A DNA stretch of 64,000 nt from Verrucomicrobiota bacterium. GTDB taxonomy: Bacteria > Verrucomicrobiota > Verrucomicrobiia > Limisphaerales > UBA1100. Under the pieces are notes generated by a model that was not told the origin of the DNA, ran no database searches, and saw only the letters and a program-made list of their open reading frames with translations. Location: contig JAOLZA010000003.1 of NCBI GenBank assembly GCA_028343615.1, positions 18,422 through 82,421 on the forward strand. The letters are read 5' to 3'. Positions within the stretch are counted from its first letter, which is position 1, and every line of letters starts with the position of its first letter. The position numbers were made by a program, and so were the translations under genes. This document shows, in pieces, positions 46,384-55,518 of this stretch.

Positions 46384-48687
46384 ATGAAGGGCGTTTTATT
46401 TTTGGCTGCGGTGTTTTGTGTGGGTCAGATATTCGCGGTGGATTTTTCACGAGAGATTCTTCCCATCTTGTCCAATAAGTGTTTCGTCTGCCATGGGCCA
46501 GACGGTGAAAATAAAGATGTGCTGCGGCTGGACTCGTTTCTGGAGGCTACACGAGACTTGGATGGGTACAAGGCCATTGACCCGAAAATGTTGGAGGAAA
46601 GTGAGTTGCTTGTGCGACTGCACGACCAGGAGGATCCGATGCCGCCAAGGAAGGCAGAGAAGCAGTTGACGGCGGCTGAGCGGGATGTTTTGACGCGGTG
46701 GGTGAAAGAGGGAGGGAAGTACACGAAGCACTGGGCGTTCGTCCCGCCAAAGAAGCTGCAGCCAGACTGGGCGGGTAATGCGGTGGATGCGTTGGTGGGG
46801 CGGCAGCTGAATGCGCAGGGGGTTGAATTCGCGCCGGAGGCGGACAAGGCGACGTTGGCGCGGCGGGTGGCGTTGGTACTCACAGGGCTTCCGCCGGAGC
46901 CGAGATTGTTGGGAAAATTCTTATCGAACAAGAAACCAGACGCTTACGAGCGACTGGTTGATGCGTTGCTGGCGAGCCCGCACTACGGTGAGCATCAGGC
47001 GCGGTATTGGCTGGACGCGGTGCGCTACGGCGACACGCATGGATTGCACCTTGACAACAAACGCGCCATATATCCGTACCGTGACTGGGTGGTGCGTGCG
47101 TTTAATCGCAATCAGCCGCTGGATGAATTCCTTACGTGGCAATTGGCCGGCGACCTATTGCCTAAGCCGACGCTTGCGCAGCTCGTGGCTACCGGCTTTG
47201 TGCGTATGAATCCTTCTACGGCCGAGGGCGGCGCGATTCCAGCAGAGTTTCAGGCGAAGAATAATTTTGATCGTGTAGAGACGTTGGGTACCGCGCTACT
47301 CGGCATGTCGCTCACCTGTGCGCGCTGTCATACGCACAAGTATGATCCGATTCCGCAGGTGGAGTACTATAGTATGATGGCGTTTTTCAACAGTACTGCC
47401 GAGTCCTCGATGGATGGTAATCGCTACGAATATGGCCCCACGGTGAAAGCACCTGCGGACATCGCGGCGTGGGAAAAGTGGGAGGCAATCAATGCTCGGC
47501 ACGTGAGCCTCACGAAACAGGCAGGAAAAAATACGGATCTAAAACCCGAGGTGGACGCGCTCGCAAAACAGATCGCCGATTTGAAAAAACAGTTTGTATC
47601 CACGCTTGTGGCACGCGATTTACCCAACCCACGCCAGATGAAACTGCTCGATCGCGGCGAATATAATCTGCCGAAGGGCGAACCATTGCAGCCTGGAGTG
47701 TTCGCGGTGATGGGCGCGTTACACAAGGATGCTCCGGCCAATCGCCTCGGGCTCGCGCAATGGCTTACCGCACGCGGGCATCCGCTCGTGTCGCGCGTAC
47801 TTATCAACCGCGTGTGGCAGCGCACCTTCGGCGAAGCGCTCGTGCGCACGCCGGCGGATTTTGGTTTGCAGGGCGAGCAACCGACACATCCGGAACTGCT
47901 AGACTGGCTGGCGGTGGATTTGCAGGATCGCAATTGGAACCTCAAGGCGATGCTGCGTTTGATGGTCACCAGCCGCACCTTCAAGCAAAGTTCGGCTTAT
48001 CGAGCCAAGGTGAATGATCCAGAGAACCGACTCTGGGCGCGAGGCCCTAACTTTCGCCTGGATGCCGAAGCTTTGCGCGACGTGGCCTTATGGGCCAGCG
48101 GTTTGCTCAATAAGTCCATGGGGGGAGAAGGCGTGAAGCCATATCAGCCGGCTGGTCTGTGGAAGGCGTTGATGCACCCGGGGAGTAACACGAAGAATTA
48201 TGTTACTGACAAGGATGCCCGCCAATACCGGCGCAGCATTTATGTTTACTGGAAACGAACCAGTCCCCACCCAATGATGACGCTTTTTGATGCGCCCAGT
48301 CGCGAGAGTAGTTGTGTGCGCCGTTCGCGCACGAACACGCCTACCCAATCACTTGCGCTCTTCAATGAACCTCAACGTGTGGAGATGGGGCGGCACTTTG
48401 GAGAGCGTTTAATGAGGGAAGTTGAAGCTGGTAATAGCTTTGCTCGCATCAGGCTACTCTTCAAACTAGTGGCTAGTCGGCCTCCAGATGAAGGGGAAGA
48501 GGCTTTGTGCATGGCGCTCTTTATGAAATTAAAGTATCGATATAAGGCCAATGAAGGGGACGCGAAAAAGCTTCTTTCAATCGGCGATTCACCGCGGGAT
48601 GAGAAACTCAATGTAGTCGATCATGCAGCTTGGACACAGGTGATCCTCACGGTCCTCGCGAGCGACGTGGCTTTGTGGGTTTACTGA
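46384..48687 (+). CDS. PSCyt/DUF1549/DUF1553 family protein
   Basis: Signal peptide and the CFVCHG haem motif. DUF1549-like (LARRVALVLTGLPPE) and DUF1553-like (NRVWQRTFGEALV) blocks are present. 767 aa. Confidence 0.85.
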   Translation: MKGVLFLAAVFCVGQIFAVDFSREILPILSNKCFVCHGPDGENKDVLRLDSFLEATRDLDGYKAIDPKMLEESELLVRLHDQEDPMPPRKAEKQLTAAERDVLTRWVKEGGKYTKHWAFVPPKKLQPDWAGNAVDALVGRQLNAQGVEFAPEADKATLARRVALVLTGLPPEPRLLGKFLSNKKPDAYERLVDALLASPHYGEHQARYWLDAVRYGDTHGLHLDNKRAIYPYRDWVVRAFNRNQPLDEFLTWQLAGDLLPKPTLAQLVATGFVRMNPSTAEGGAIPAEFQAKNNFDRVETLGTALLGMSLTCARCHTHKYDPIPQVEYYSMMAFFNSTAESSMDGNRYEYGPTVKAPADIAAWEKWEAINARHVSLTKQAGKNTDLKPEVDALAKQIADLKKQFVSTLVARDLPNPRQMKLLDRGEYNLPKGEPLQPGVFAVMGALHKDAPANRLGLAQWLTARGHPLVSRVLINRVWQRTFGEALVRTPADFGLQGEQPTHPELLDWLAVDLQDRNWNLKAMLRLMVTSRTFKQSSAYRAKVNDPENRLWARGPNFRLDAEALRDVALWASGLLNKSMGGEGVKPYQPAGLWKALMHPGSNTKNYVTDKDARQYRRSIYVYWKRTSPHPMMTLFDAPSRESSCVRRSRTNTPTQSLALFNEPQRVEMGRHFGERLMREVEAGNSFARIRLLFKLVASRPPDEGEEALCMALFMKLKYRYKANEGDAKKLLSIGDSPRDEKLNVVDHAAWTQVILTVLASDVALWVY

Positions 48688-48701
48688 TACGGAGAAAGAT
48701 A

Positions 48702-50192
48702 ATGAACGACTTATTACTCGAAACGGAATTAATGATGACACGCCGGCAATTGTTCGGGTGCTCGGCGCTCGGGCTTGGTACGGCGGCGATGGCGGGGCTG
48801 ATGGGGCGCAATTTGATGGGCGCGGAGTCGAAGAACGGTATGCACCATCCGGCCAAGGCGAAGCGAGTGATTTACCTTTTCATGAGTGGCGGGCCATCGC
48901 ATCTGGATTTGTGGGATTACAAGCCGAAGATGCGCGAGATGTATGGCAAGGATTTGCCAAAGGAAGTGCGCGATGGTCAACGCATCACGGGTATGACCTC
49001 GCGGCAAAAGACGCTGCCGGTGTGTCCGACAAAATACAAGTTCACCAAGCAAGAAAACAACGCCGACGGGGTGTGGGTGAGCGAGCTGTTGCCTCACACG
49101 GCAACTGTGGCCAAGGAATTGTGCGTGGTGCACACGGCGTTTACCGAGGCGATAAATCATGATCCGGCGATTACGTACATCCAATCAGGCAGCCAAATCC
49201 CCGGCCGGCCGAGCCTTGGTGCGTGGCTAAGCTACGGTCTCGGCAGCATGAACGAAAACCTGCCGAACTATGTGGTCATGCACGCGCGGACGAAGCACCC
49301 AGAGCAGAGCTTGTTTGGCCGCCTGTGGGGCTCGGGCTTCATGTCGTCGCAACATCAGGGAGTATTGCTGCGTAGCCAGGGCGATCCGGTATTGTATCTG
49401 AATAACCCCGCCGGCGTGACGCGCGGTGACCGGCGTGCACAGCTCGATGTGCTCACCGCTCTGAATCAGGCGCAGCACAAACGCTTTGCTGACCCTTCGA
49501 TGTTGGGGCGCATCAAGCAACATGAGATGGCCTATCGCATGCAGGCATCAGTGCCGGAATTGATGGATTTGAGCAAGGAACCAGACTCGACTTTCAAACT
49601 CTACGGTAATGATGCCAAGACGCCTGGCACGTTTGCAGCGTGCTGCTTGAACGCTCGCCGACTGGCAGAGCGCGGCGTGCGCAACATCCAGATTTTCCAT
49701 CGTGGCTGGGACGCCCATGGGAACCTCGCCGGCGAGCACGGCAATCAATGTAAAGATGTTGATCAAGGCAGTGCCGCGCTTATCAGGGATTTAAAAAACC
49801 GTGGCCTGCTCGACGACACATTGGTGGTGTGGGGTGGTGAGTTTGGCCGCACGCCGTATTGTCAGGGCAAACTGGGTAAGGACAATTACGGGCGTGACCA
49901 TCACCCTCGTTGCTTCTCTGTCTGGATGGCCGGCGGCGGCATTAAGCCCGGCATCACCTATGGCCGAACCGACGATTATGGCTATAACATTGCCGACGCC
50001 GATGGAAACATGCTCAAGCCGCAGCCAGACAAGGACAAATGGACGCCTGGCACCATGCACATTCACGACCTCAACGCCACCATCCTGCATCAGTTGGGCA
50101 TCGATCACCACAAACTAACCTATCGCTATCAAGGCCGTGACTTCCGCCTCACCGACGTCCACGGGCACGTGGTTAAGGACATTCTCGCTTAG
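48702..50192 (+). CDS. DUF1501 family protein with a TAT signal
   Basis: The ATG at 48702 is preceded by GGAGAAAG. It has a TRRQLFGCSALGLGTAAMAG twin-arginine signal and the GGPSHLDLWDYKP and GEFGRTP blocks. Confidence 0.85.
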   Translation: MNDLLLETELMMTRRQLFGCSALGLGTAAMAGLMGRNLMGAESKNGMHHPAKAKRVIYLFMSGGPSHLDLWDYKPKMREMYGKDLPKEVRDGQRITGMTSRQKTLPVCPTKYKFTKQENNADGVWVSELLPHTATVAKELCVVHTAFTEAINHDPAITYIQSGSQIPGRPSLGAWLSYGLGSMNENLPNYVVMHARTKHPEQSLFGRLWGSGFMSSQHQGVLLRSQGDPVLYLNNPAGVTRGDRRAQLDVLTALNQAQHKRFADPSMLGRIKQHEMAYRMQASVPELMDLSKEPDSTFKLYGNDAKTPGTFAACCLNARRLAERGVRNIQIFHRGWDAHGNLAGEHGNQCKDVDQGSAALIRDLKNRGLLDDTLVVWGGEFGRTPYCQGKLGKDNYGRDHHPRCFSVWMAGGGIKPGITYGRTDDYGYNIADADGNMLKPQPDKDKWTPGTMHIHDLNATILHQLGIDHHKLTYRYQGRDFRLTDVHGHVVKDILA

Positions 50193-51468
50193 TTTTTTCC
50201 TGCTCAAACAGGTCGTGCTTTGGCCATTTTTTTACGGCATTGGCGGCGGAATGTACTAACGAATCAATCTTGTTGGATGCTGCTTGCCCATCAACTGCCT
50301 GGCGGGTATTGAACAGCACTGCCCAACATATCCCGTCGTGTCGAAGAACAAGAATTGTTGATGTTCCGTCCAGCCCCCCAGAGTGCCAGCGATTGAATTC
50401 CCCTGTGTTTCTCACTGGTCGAATTGCCCAGCCCAACCCGTAATAAGCGGCCTTAGGTTTCCCAGCATTGTCGTGACCGGCAATCCCTTTTGGTCTTGCA
50501 ACCATCTTGCCTATACTTTTTTCGGTTAGCACTTTGGATGAATTAAAACATTCTACGGCTGATCCGAAGCGCACTAAATCGACTGCCGAAGCTATCCAGG
50601 CGCCGTGAGAATCCATGGCTTCAAGATACCATGCACCATAGGGCCGGAGCACTGGCTGGCCAATTTGTTTTCCCATTACGGCAATAGCCTTGGATTTGCT
50701 ACGCGTGTAATATCGAACTTCATCCTTTGCTCTGTTTTTTAGAAGTGATTTCCCTATGTGCATAGAATAGATACCTAAGGGCTTGAGAACGTCGTTCCGC
50801 ATATATTTCTCGTAGTCACTACCGCTCACCTGTTCGATAACTCTTCCCAGTAAGCAATAACCGAAATTGGAATAGGCAAACTGTGAGCCTGGAGAGAAAT
50901 CTAGTTTTCGGCCCATCATGTACCGGATAATATCATCGGCTTTAGCGGGTGGATTGACACCCAACGTGTTCGCAATTTTTACAGAGCGAAACATGGGATC
51001 AAACGACCGGCCACGATCCCAGCCACCCTGATGTTGGAGAAGTTGCTGAATGGTGATCTTAGCTAGGCCAGGGTCTATCTTTGTTCCAGTCGCCAAGTGG
51101 GCTTTGTGAGGCAAAATGGAAAAAACATTATCTTCTAGATTTAGTTTACCTTTTTCCACCAACTGCATGATGGCCACGGCCGTAAGAGGTTTGGAGATGC
51201 TAGCAATCCGGAATAGGGATTCGGGTTGAACATGCTTTTTTTTTTCGCGATCGGCGTAACCGAAGCCACGGGCGTATACCATTCGCCCATCCTTGGCCAC
51301 TGCCAGTGCAGCGCCAGGGATATTATTCTCACGCACAAACTTGCGCATCAATTCATCGAAACTTACTAGCGCCGGGAACTGCTTCCCCGTCTCCGGTAGT
51401 TTGTCCGCGGCAATGATGGGAAATGAAATAGAGAGGGCAGATGCAAATGAAAGCCAACCAATGGTCAT
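50173..51468 (-). CDS. beta-lactamase-fold serine hydrolase (secreted)
   Basis: SxxK motif (SISKPLTAV) and a Y-x-N-like YSNFGY. The gene is AT-rich, and its 3' end overlaps the convergent DUF1501 gene by 20 nt. Confidence 0.75.
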   Translation of the reverse strand: MTIGWLSFASALSISFPIIAADKLPETGKQFPALVSFDELMRKFVRENNIPGAALAVAKDGRMVYARGFGYADREKKKHVQPESLFRIASISKPLTAVAIMQLVEKGKLNLEDNVFSILPHKAHLATGTKIDPGLAKITIQQLLQHQGGWDRGRSFDPMFRSVKIANTLGVNPPAKADDIIRYMMGRKLDFSPGSQFAYSNFGYCLLGRVIEQVSGSDYEKYMRNDVLKPLGIYSMHIGKSLLKNRAKDEVRYYTRSKSKAIAVMGKQIGQPVLRPYGAWYLEAMDSHGAWIASAVDLVRFGSAVECFNSSKVLTEKSIGKMVARPKGIAGHDNAGKPKAAYYGLGWAIRPVRNTGEFNRWHSGGLDGTSTILVLRHDGICWAVLFNTRQAVDGQAASNKIDSLVHSAANAVKKWPKHDLFEQEKTKRECP

Positions 51469-51553
51469 GCCCTCTGCTACACTTCTTTGCGCCTGTTGAC
51501 AATCCCAAGCCGCCGCGCTTTACGCCATTGGAGAAAGGTGATAGACCTGCGGC

Positions 51554-52186
51554 ATGCAACGTTTCCTTTTTCTCGGCCTGATCATAGCGGGTTTTTCTAT
51601 GAGTGCAGCATTGCCGCCGCATTTGCAGAAGTTTGAAATCAAAAAGCCTACGCTGGAATGGGCGGGGGAGCGGATTAAGCTGCCGCCTTCGTTTGCGCCG
51701 AAGCTAGGGTTGAAGGGAATTGAGGAAATCCTGTTCGCGCCGGGGATGTTCAAGGCAGAAGCAAAGGATTTTTTCACGTACGTATTTCTTTTTGCGCTGG
51801 AGCAAAAACCGGTGTTGACGGCGGAGGTGCTGCGCAAGGAATTGCTGGCTTACTACATTGGCCTATCGAAGGCGCGACTGGGCAAGCCAGATTTGGATAC
51901 AAGCAAGTTTACAGTAAAACTGGAGGCACTCAAGATGCAGGAGGAATCACCGGAAGGCGCGATGAATGCCAAGTTTTACCGCGCGGAGGTGTATTGGGTT
52001 GAGCCTTTCGCTACCAAAAAATTCCAGACGCTGCATTTTGAGTTACAGACGTGGCAGTACAAAGATTCGGCTAACCAATATCTGTTTGTGTGCGCCTCGC
52101 CACAGAAACCGTCAGCGGCTGTCTGGAGAACGATGCGTGGCATCCGGGCTTCCGTGGCACTGAAGTCGCCCAAAAAATTGCCATGA
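51554..52186 (+). CDS. hypothetical secreted protein
   Basis: 210 aa with a signal peptide (MQRFLFLGLIIAGFSMSAA). It is the first gene of a tightly packed five-gene plus-strand run. Confidence 0.5.
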   Translation: MQRFLFLGLIIAGFSMSAALPPHLQKFEIKKPTLEWAGERIKLPPSFAPKLGLKGIEEILFAPGMFKAEAKDFFTYVFLFALEQKPVLTAEVLRKELLAYYIGLSKARLGKPDLDTSKFTVKLEALKMQEESPEGAMNAKFYRAEVYWVEPFATKKFQTLHFELQTWQYKDSANQYLFVCASPQKPSAAVWRTMRGIRASVALKSPKKLP

Positions 52187-52872
52187 CCGAAAACACGCCA
52201 TCGGCTAAGCCCGCCTCGCCCTCGCCTTTTTTCTATGTGGTGCCGCTTCTGATTGTTTTGGCGGTGGGTGCAATGTTTTGGGCAGGGAATGATGAGCGCG
52301 AAGCGGATGCAGAAGAGGCTTCCAAAAAAGTGCTGGAGGGCAAAGATTATTATGTGTTGGTGACGTTGATGGAGTTTCACCCCGCCAAACAAGGGGGCGC
52401 GGGTTGGGATGCTGGAAGTTCGGCGCCGGATATGTATTACCAACTCAACTGGCATGGCAAGACGGTGTATCATACCAAAAATGATGTGGTGAAAAATGCT
52501 CTCATCGCCAAGTGGTTTGGCCTTGGTGCGAATGTGAGTGTGATTGAACTGCGGAAGGTGCTCACAAACGCTGGCCAACGGCTCTCGCCGCGCAATCTGA
52601 TTAAGGCCGCGTTGATTTCCGTGGAGCCTAACGGCGAGCTGGTGATTCGCGCGTATGACGACGATTCGTTGCGGGATGACTTCGCCGGCGGTTGCACCAT
52701 CCCACTGGCCGACCTCGAGCTGGGCGACAACGCGTACTTCATCGATACCGAAGGTAAACCTACTCGCGACCGCGATCGTATGGCGACCGATCGCGGTGGG
52801 CTGAAGCGTTTTGTGCTGCGCGTGGTGGACAGCGAGCAGTCGGTGGAGAAACTCGTGGAGGCTTTGCGCTAA
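52183..52872 (+). CDS. N-terminally anchored membrane protein with a C2-like domain
   Basis: The ATG at 52183 overlaps the upstream stop (ATGA). TM segment FFYVVPLLIVLAVGAMFWA. SAPDMYYQLNWHGKTVYHTK..NALIAKWF....LVIRAYDDDSLRDDFAGGCTIPLADL follows the C2 pattern (SDPYV..T..nP.Wne.F....l.V.D.D...dDfiG...i.l..l). Confidence 0.45.
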   Translation: MTENTPSAKPASPSPFFYVVPLLIVLAVGAMFWAGNDEREADAEEASKKVLEGKDYYVLVTLMEFHPAKQGGAGWDAGSSAPDMYYQLNWHGKTVYHTKNDVVKNALIAKWFGLGANVSVIELRKVLTNAGQRLSPRNLIKAALISVEPNGELVIRAYDDDSLRDDFAGGCTIPLADLELGDNAYFIDTEGKPTRDRDRMATDRGGLKRFVLRVVDSEQSVEKLVEALR

Positions 52873-52878
52873 CCGGTC

Positions 52879-53406
52879 ATGAACCCGCGGCAGCTTCAAG
52901 TGTGCCTCGGAGTGGCGGCGGTTCTACTGGGCCTCGGGCTCTTTGCGCCGTGCATGACGCTGCATCCCGCCTTTGGCGACATTACCCCGCTGGTGCGACT
53001 GCTCAAGCCCGACCTCACGGCACCCACCACCTATTCCATAATTGAAGGCATCCGCTCCATGTTTGACGAGGGCAGCATTTTCATCGGCGTGGTGGTGCTA
53101 CTCTTTTCCGTTGTGTTTCCGATGTGTAAATTGAGTGTGTATTTTATGGCCACCGCCCGCCGCGCACGTGCACTGGATATTGGCAATTCAGTCCGCTGGA
53201 TAAACCACCTTGGCAAATGGTCTATGCTCGATGTGTTTGTGCTCGCCGTGCTAGTCGTCGCCATCAAGGGCTTGCCCGGTGGATCGCGAGTGGCCGTCGA
53301 ATGGGGCGCAGCGGCCTTTTGTGCATCGGTATTGTTGAGCATTTACATTTCGCTACACATCAGTGGCCGGCGCAATTCCGTTGCGTCCGGGACCACGGAA
53401 GATTAG
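52879..53406 (+). CDS. PqiA-family (paraquat-inducible protein A-like) membrane protein, single half-size module
   Basis: 175 aa with four hydrophobic segments. The SIFIGVVVLLFSVVFPMCKL and KWSMLDVFVLAVLVVAIK blocks are typical of PqiA repeats. Confidence 0.6.
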   Translation: MNPRQLQVCLGVAAVLLGLGLFAPCMTLHPAFGDITPLVRLLKPDLTAPTTYSIIEGIRSMFDEGSIFIGVVVLLFSVVFPMCKLSVYFMATARRARALDIGNSVRWINHLGKWSMLDVFVLAVLVVAIKGLPGGSRVAVEWGAAAFCASVLLSIYISLHISGRRNSVASGTTED

Positions 53407-53465
53407 CCTGCCAAGAGAACCGGCCTAATCGGCGGGTTGCGTGAATATTTTTAGAAATTTTTCTG

Positions 53466-54065
53466 ATGCGAAATCTGGACAATCTCATTTACCGAGCCGA
53501 GGAACTAGACGAAGTTAAGATTCAATATCGTCTGGCGGTCATTTACCAAACAGGCGACCGCGTGGAGCAGGATGTAGAGCAAGCGCGACACTGGTTTGAG
53601 CGTGCCGCCGAGAATGGACACGAGGAAGCAGCCCGGATTTTGGCGACGATGGGTGCCAAACCCGTTGAATCAAAGGTGCCAAAAGTAACGAAAGCGAAAA
53701 GGCGCGGTGAATCGAAAGTAAAATCATCGGCGGATGATCTGCCACCGGTGATCCCCCGCAAACCTCGCCGGCAAGCCTTGGATCTTGAATCCGGTTTAGA
53801 GGGAACAACGGATAACACTGGTCAGTCGGTCGACGCGGAGGACCTCGGCCGGAAGCTGGGTTTACACCTCGGTGAATTTTTTGGGAGAAAACCTAGAGCC
53901 GTCCCGCCGCGGGCGAAAGCTGAAGAGACAGATTCCACTGTCGAGGCCTTCCCGCACGAGGAGGATGTGCCTGACCCGACGAAGAAAAAGTCTGGCATCG
54001 GATGTGATGCGGTGTGGATCGTTGGAGGTATAATCTATCTGCTCGCACGAAGTTGTTCGGGATAA
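53466..54065 (+). CDS. tail-anchored protein with one Sel1-like repeat and a basic disordered linker
   Basis: YRLAVIYQTGDRVEQDVEQARHWFERAAENGHEEA is Sel1-like. A K/R/P-rich middle section is followed by a C-terminal hydrophobic helix (AVWIVGGIIYLLA). Confidence 0.5.
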   Translation: MRNLDNLIYRAEELDEVKIQYRLAVIYQTGDRVEQDVEQARHWFERAAENGHEEAARILATMGAKPVESKVPKVTKAKRRGESKVKSSADDLPPVIPRKPRRQALDLESGLEGTTDNTGQSVDAEDLGRKLGLHLGEFFGRKPRAVPPRAKAEETDSTVEAFPHEEDVPDPTKKKSGIGCDAVWIVGGIIYLLARSCSG

Positions 54066-54085
54066 ACTGACCATCGCTGAAAACA

Positions 54086-55324
54086 ATGAGTGAATCAGAT
54101 GCTAAACCTGTGGAACTGGAGTCCCAGTTGATAGCGGATTCTGGATCAAAACCCGTATCCACGCGCCGTCAACGCGTGCGACTGGGATTCCGGATTGCAT
54201 TGGCCGGATTGATGCTAGCAGTAGTCGTGGGTTATTTTAAGGATCAACAGGCCCGGCAAGCTTGCGGGGTGCGTGTGAATGAATTTTTCTTTTTACTGCA
54301 GGGGCCGGACGTGAGTCGGGTCGAGGTGCATGCACTCATGAACCGGCCGCCTGATATTATTGAGGAACGCAGTAAATGGGGAGATATGGTGGATGATTAT
54401 TTATGGCCCGGTGTGTTTTTTAACTACACCATGCGCCTCATCTACAGTCGTGAGTTTGGGGTGTATGAACTGGTGGAAGTGCGCAGTGAATCGCATTCGC
54501 GGTGGGGCAATGATAAGGACGGGGTGGATGAAGACTTGCCCGGGCGAATTGAGTTTTCTAACGCTGAGTTTGAGATTAAATTGCGTGAGCATCTCAAGAA
54601 ATCCGAAGGAGTAATTACCAAGACAGAGTTGCTAGAGCTTGACCGTTTCGATTTGGCTCGAAGCTTGATAAGCGACCTCAAGCCTGTGGGCCAATTGCGT
54701 GGATTGCATTTACTTATTCTCGACAACAATCACGTGGAAAACCTTGAACCCATCGGAAATCTCACCAAGTTGGAAGTGTTGTATCTGGGCTTCAATCGGA
54801 TTGAAGATGTCTCGCCGTTGGCGCGATTGCCGCAGTTGCGGCGGCTTGATTTGGGCGATAACCGCGTGGCGGATCTCGAGCCCATCGGCCGCATCAGTAC
54901 CATCAACGTACTTAAGGTTCGTAACAATCTACTAACCACGCTCGGGCCTTTGGAGCTCTTGAAAGATTTGCGAACATTGGATGCGAGCGGCAATCAAATT
55001 ACCCATCTTGAACCGATGAGTAAATTGTTGCGGGCGGAGTCATTGAACTTTTCAAAAAATAAAATTACCAACATTCGTCCGTTGGCCAACTTGCGTGCGC
55101 TGGAATTATTGAACCTTAACGACAATGTCATAAGTGATATAGCTCCGATCGCGCAACTCAATGAAGTAAAGATACTTTATCTTGAACGTAATCGTATCAC
55201 AAACGTCACTGCTTTGGCTGGGCTTCAACGTTTGGAGCTGTTAAGTCTCGGCGGCAATCCCATTCCGCGCAGCGAAGTGGAGTTGCTTCGTGAAGCTTTG
55301 CCCAACTGCCGTATCGATTTCTGA
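54086..55324 (+). CDS. membrane-anchored leucine-rich-repeat (internalin-like LRR) protein
   Basis: N-terminal TM (IALAGLMLAVVVGYF). This is followed by about ten 22-residue repeats of the form L..L..L.L..N.I.D(I/L).P(L/I). Confidence 0.8.
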   Translation: MSESDAKPVELESQLIADSGSKPVSTRRQRVRLGFRIALAGLMLAVVVGYFKDQQARQACGVRVNEFFFLLQGPDVSRVEVHALMNRPPDIIEERSKWGDMVDDYLWPGVFFNYTMRLIYSREFGVYELVEVRSESHSRWGNDKDGVDEDLPGRIEFSNAEFEIKLREHLKKSEGVITKTELLELDRFDLARSLISDLKPVGQLRGLHLLILDNNHVENLEPIGNLTKLEVLYLGFNRIEDVSPLARLPQLRRLDLGDNRVADLEPIGRISTINVLKVRNNLLTTLGPLELLKDLRTLDASGNQITHLEPMSKLLRAESLNFSKNKITNIRPLANLRALELLNLNDNVISDIAPIAQLNEVKILYLERNRITNVTALAGLQRLELLSLGGNPIPRSEVELLREALPNCRIDF

Positions 55325-55464
55325 GGTGCGCGCTGATTACGCTCGGATACCCTACTATAAACAAAACTTATTTTTACAGTAGGCAAGAGGATTAAAGCCC
55401 TGATAGGCTCTTCGTTGCTGGTGTGTCTTGAGGATCACCGGCGTACACAAATAGCGCGTTGGGT

Positions 55465-55501
55465 GCAGCCGTCGGGGGAAATCTCTGGCGGCTGCTTTTT
55501 T
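55465..55501 (+). terminator. rho-independent terminator about 140 nt downstream of the LRR gene
   Basis: GCAGCCG (55465-55471) pairs with CGGCTGC (55489-55495), followed by TTTTTT. Confidence 0.55.
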
Positions 55502-55518
55502 GAACAGAATACGAAAAC

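Noticed and set aside
54690-55260. Regular ~66-bp periodicity that could be mistaken for a DNA repeat array or CRISPR; a similar ~108-bp periodicity occurs in 60592-62859 and 34494-35528
   Set aside because: The periodicity is at the protein level (22-residue LRR and ~36-residue Sel1 repeats) within intact ORFs. The units are degenerate at the DNA level and there are no unique spacers, so it is not a CRISPR or satellite array.
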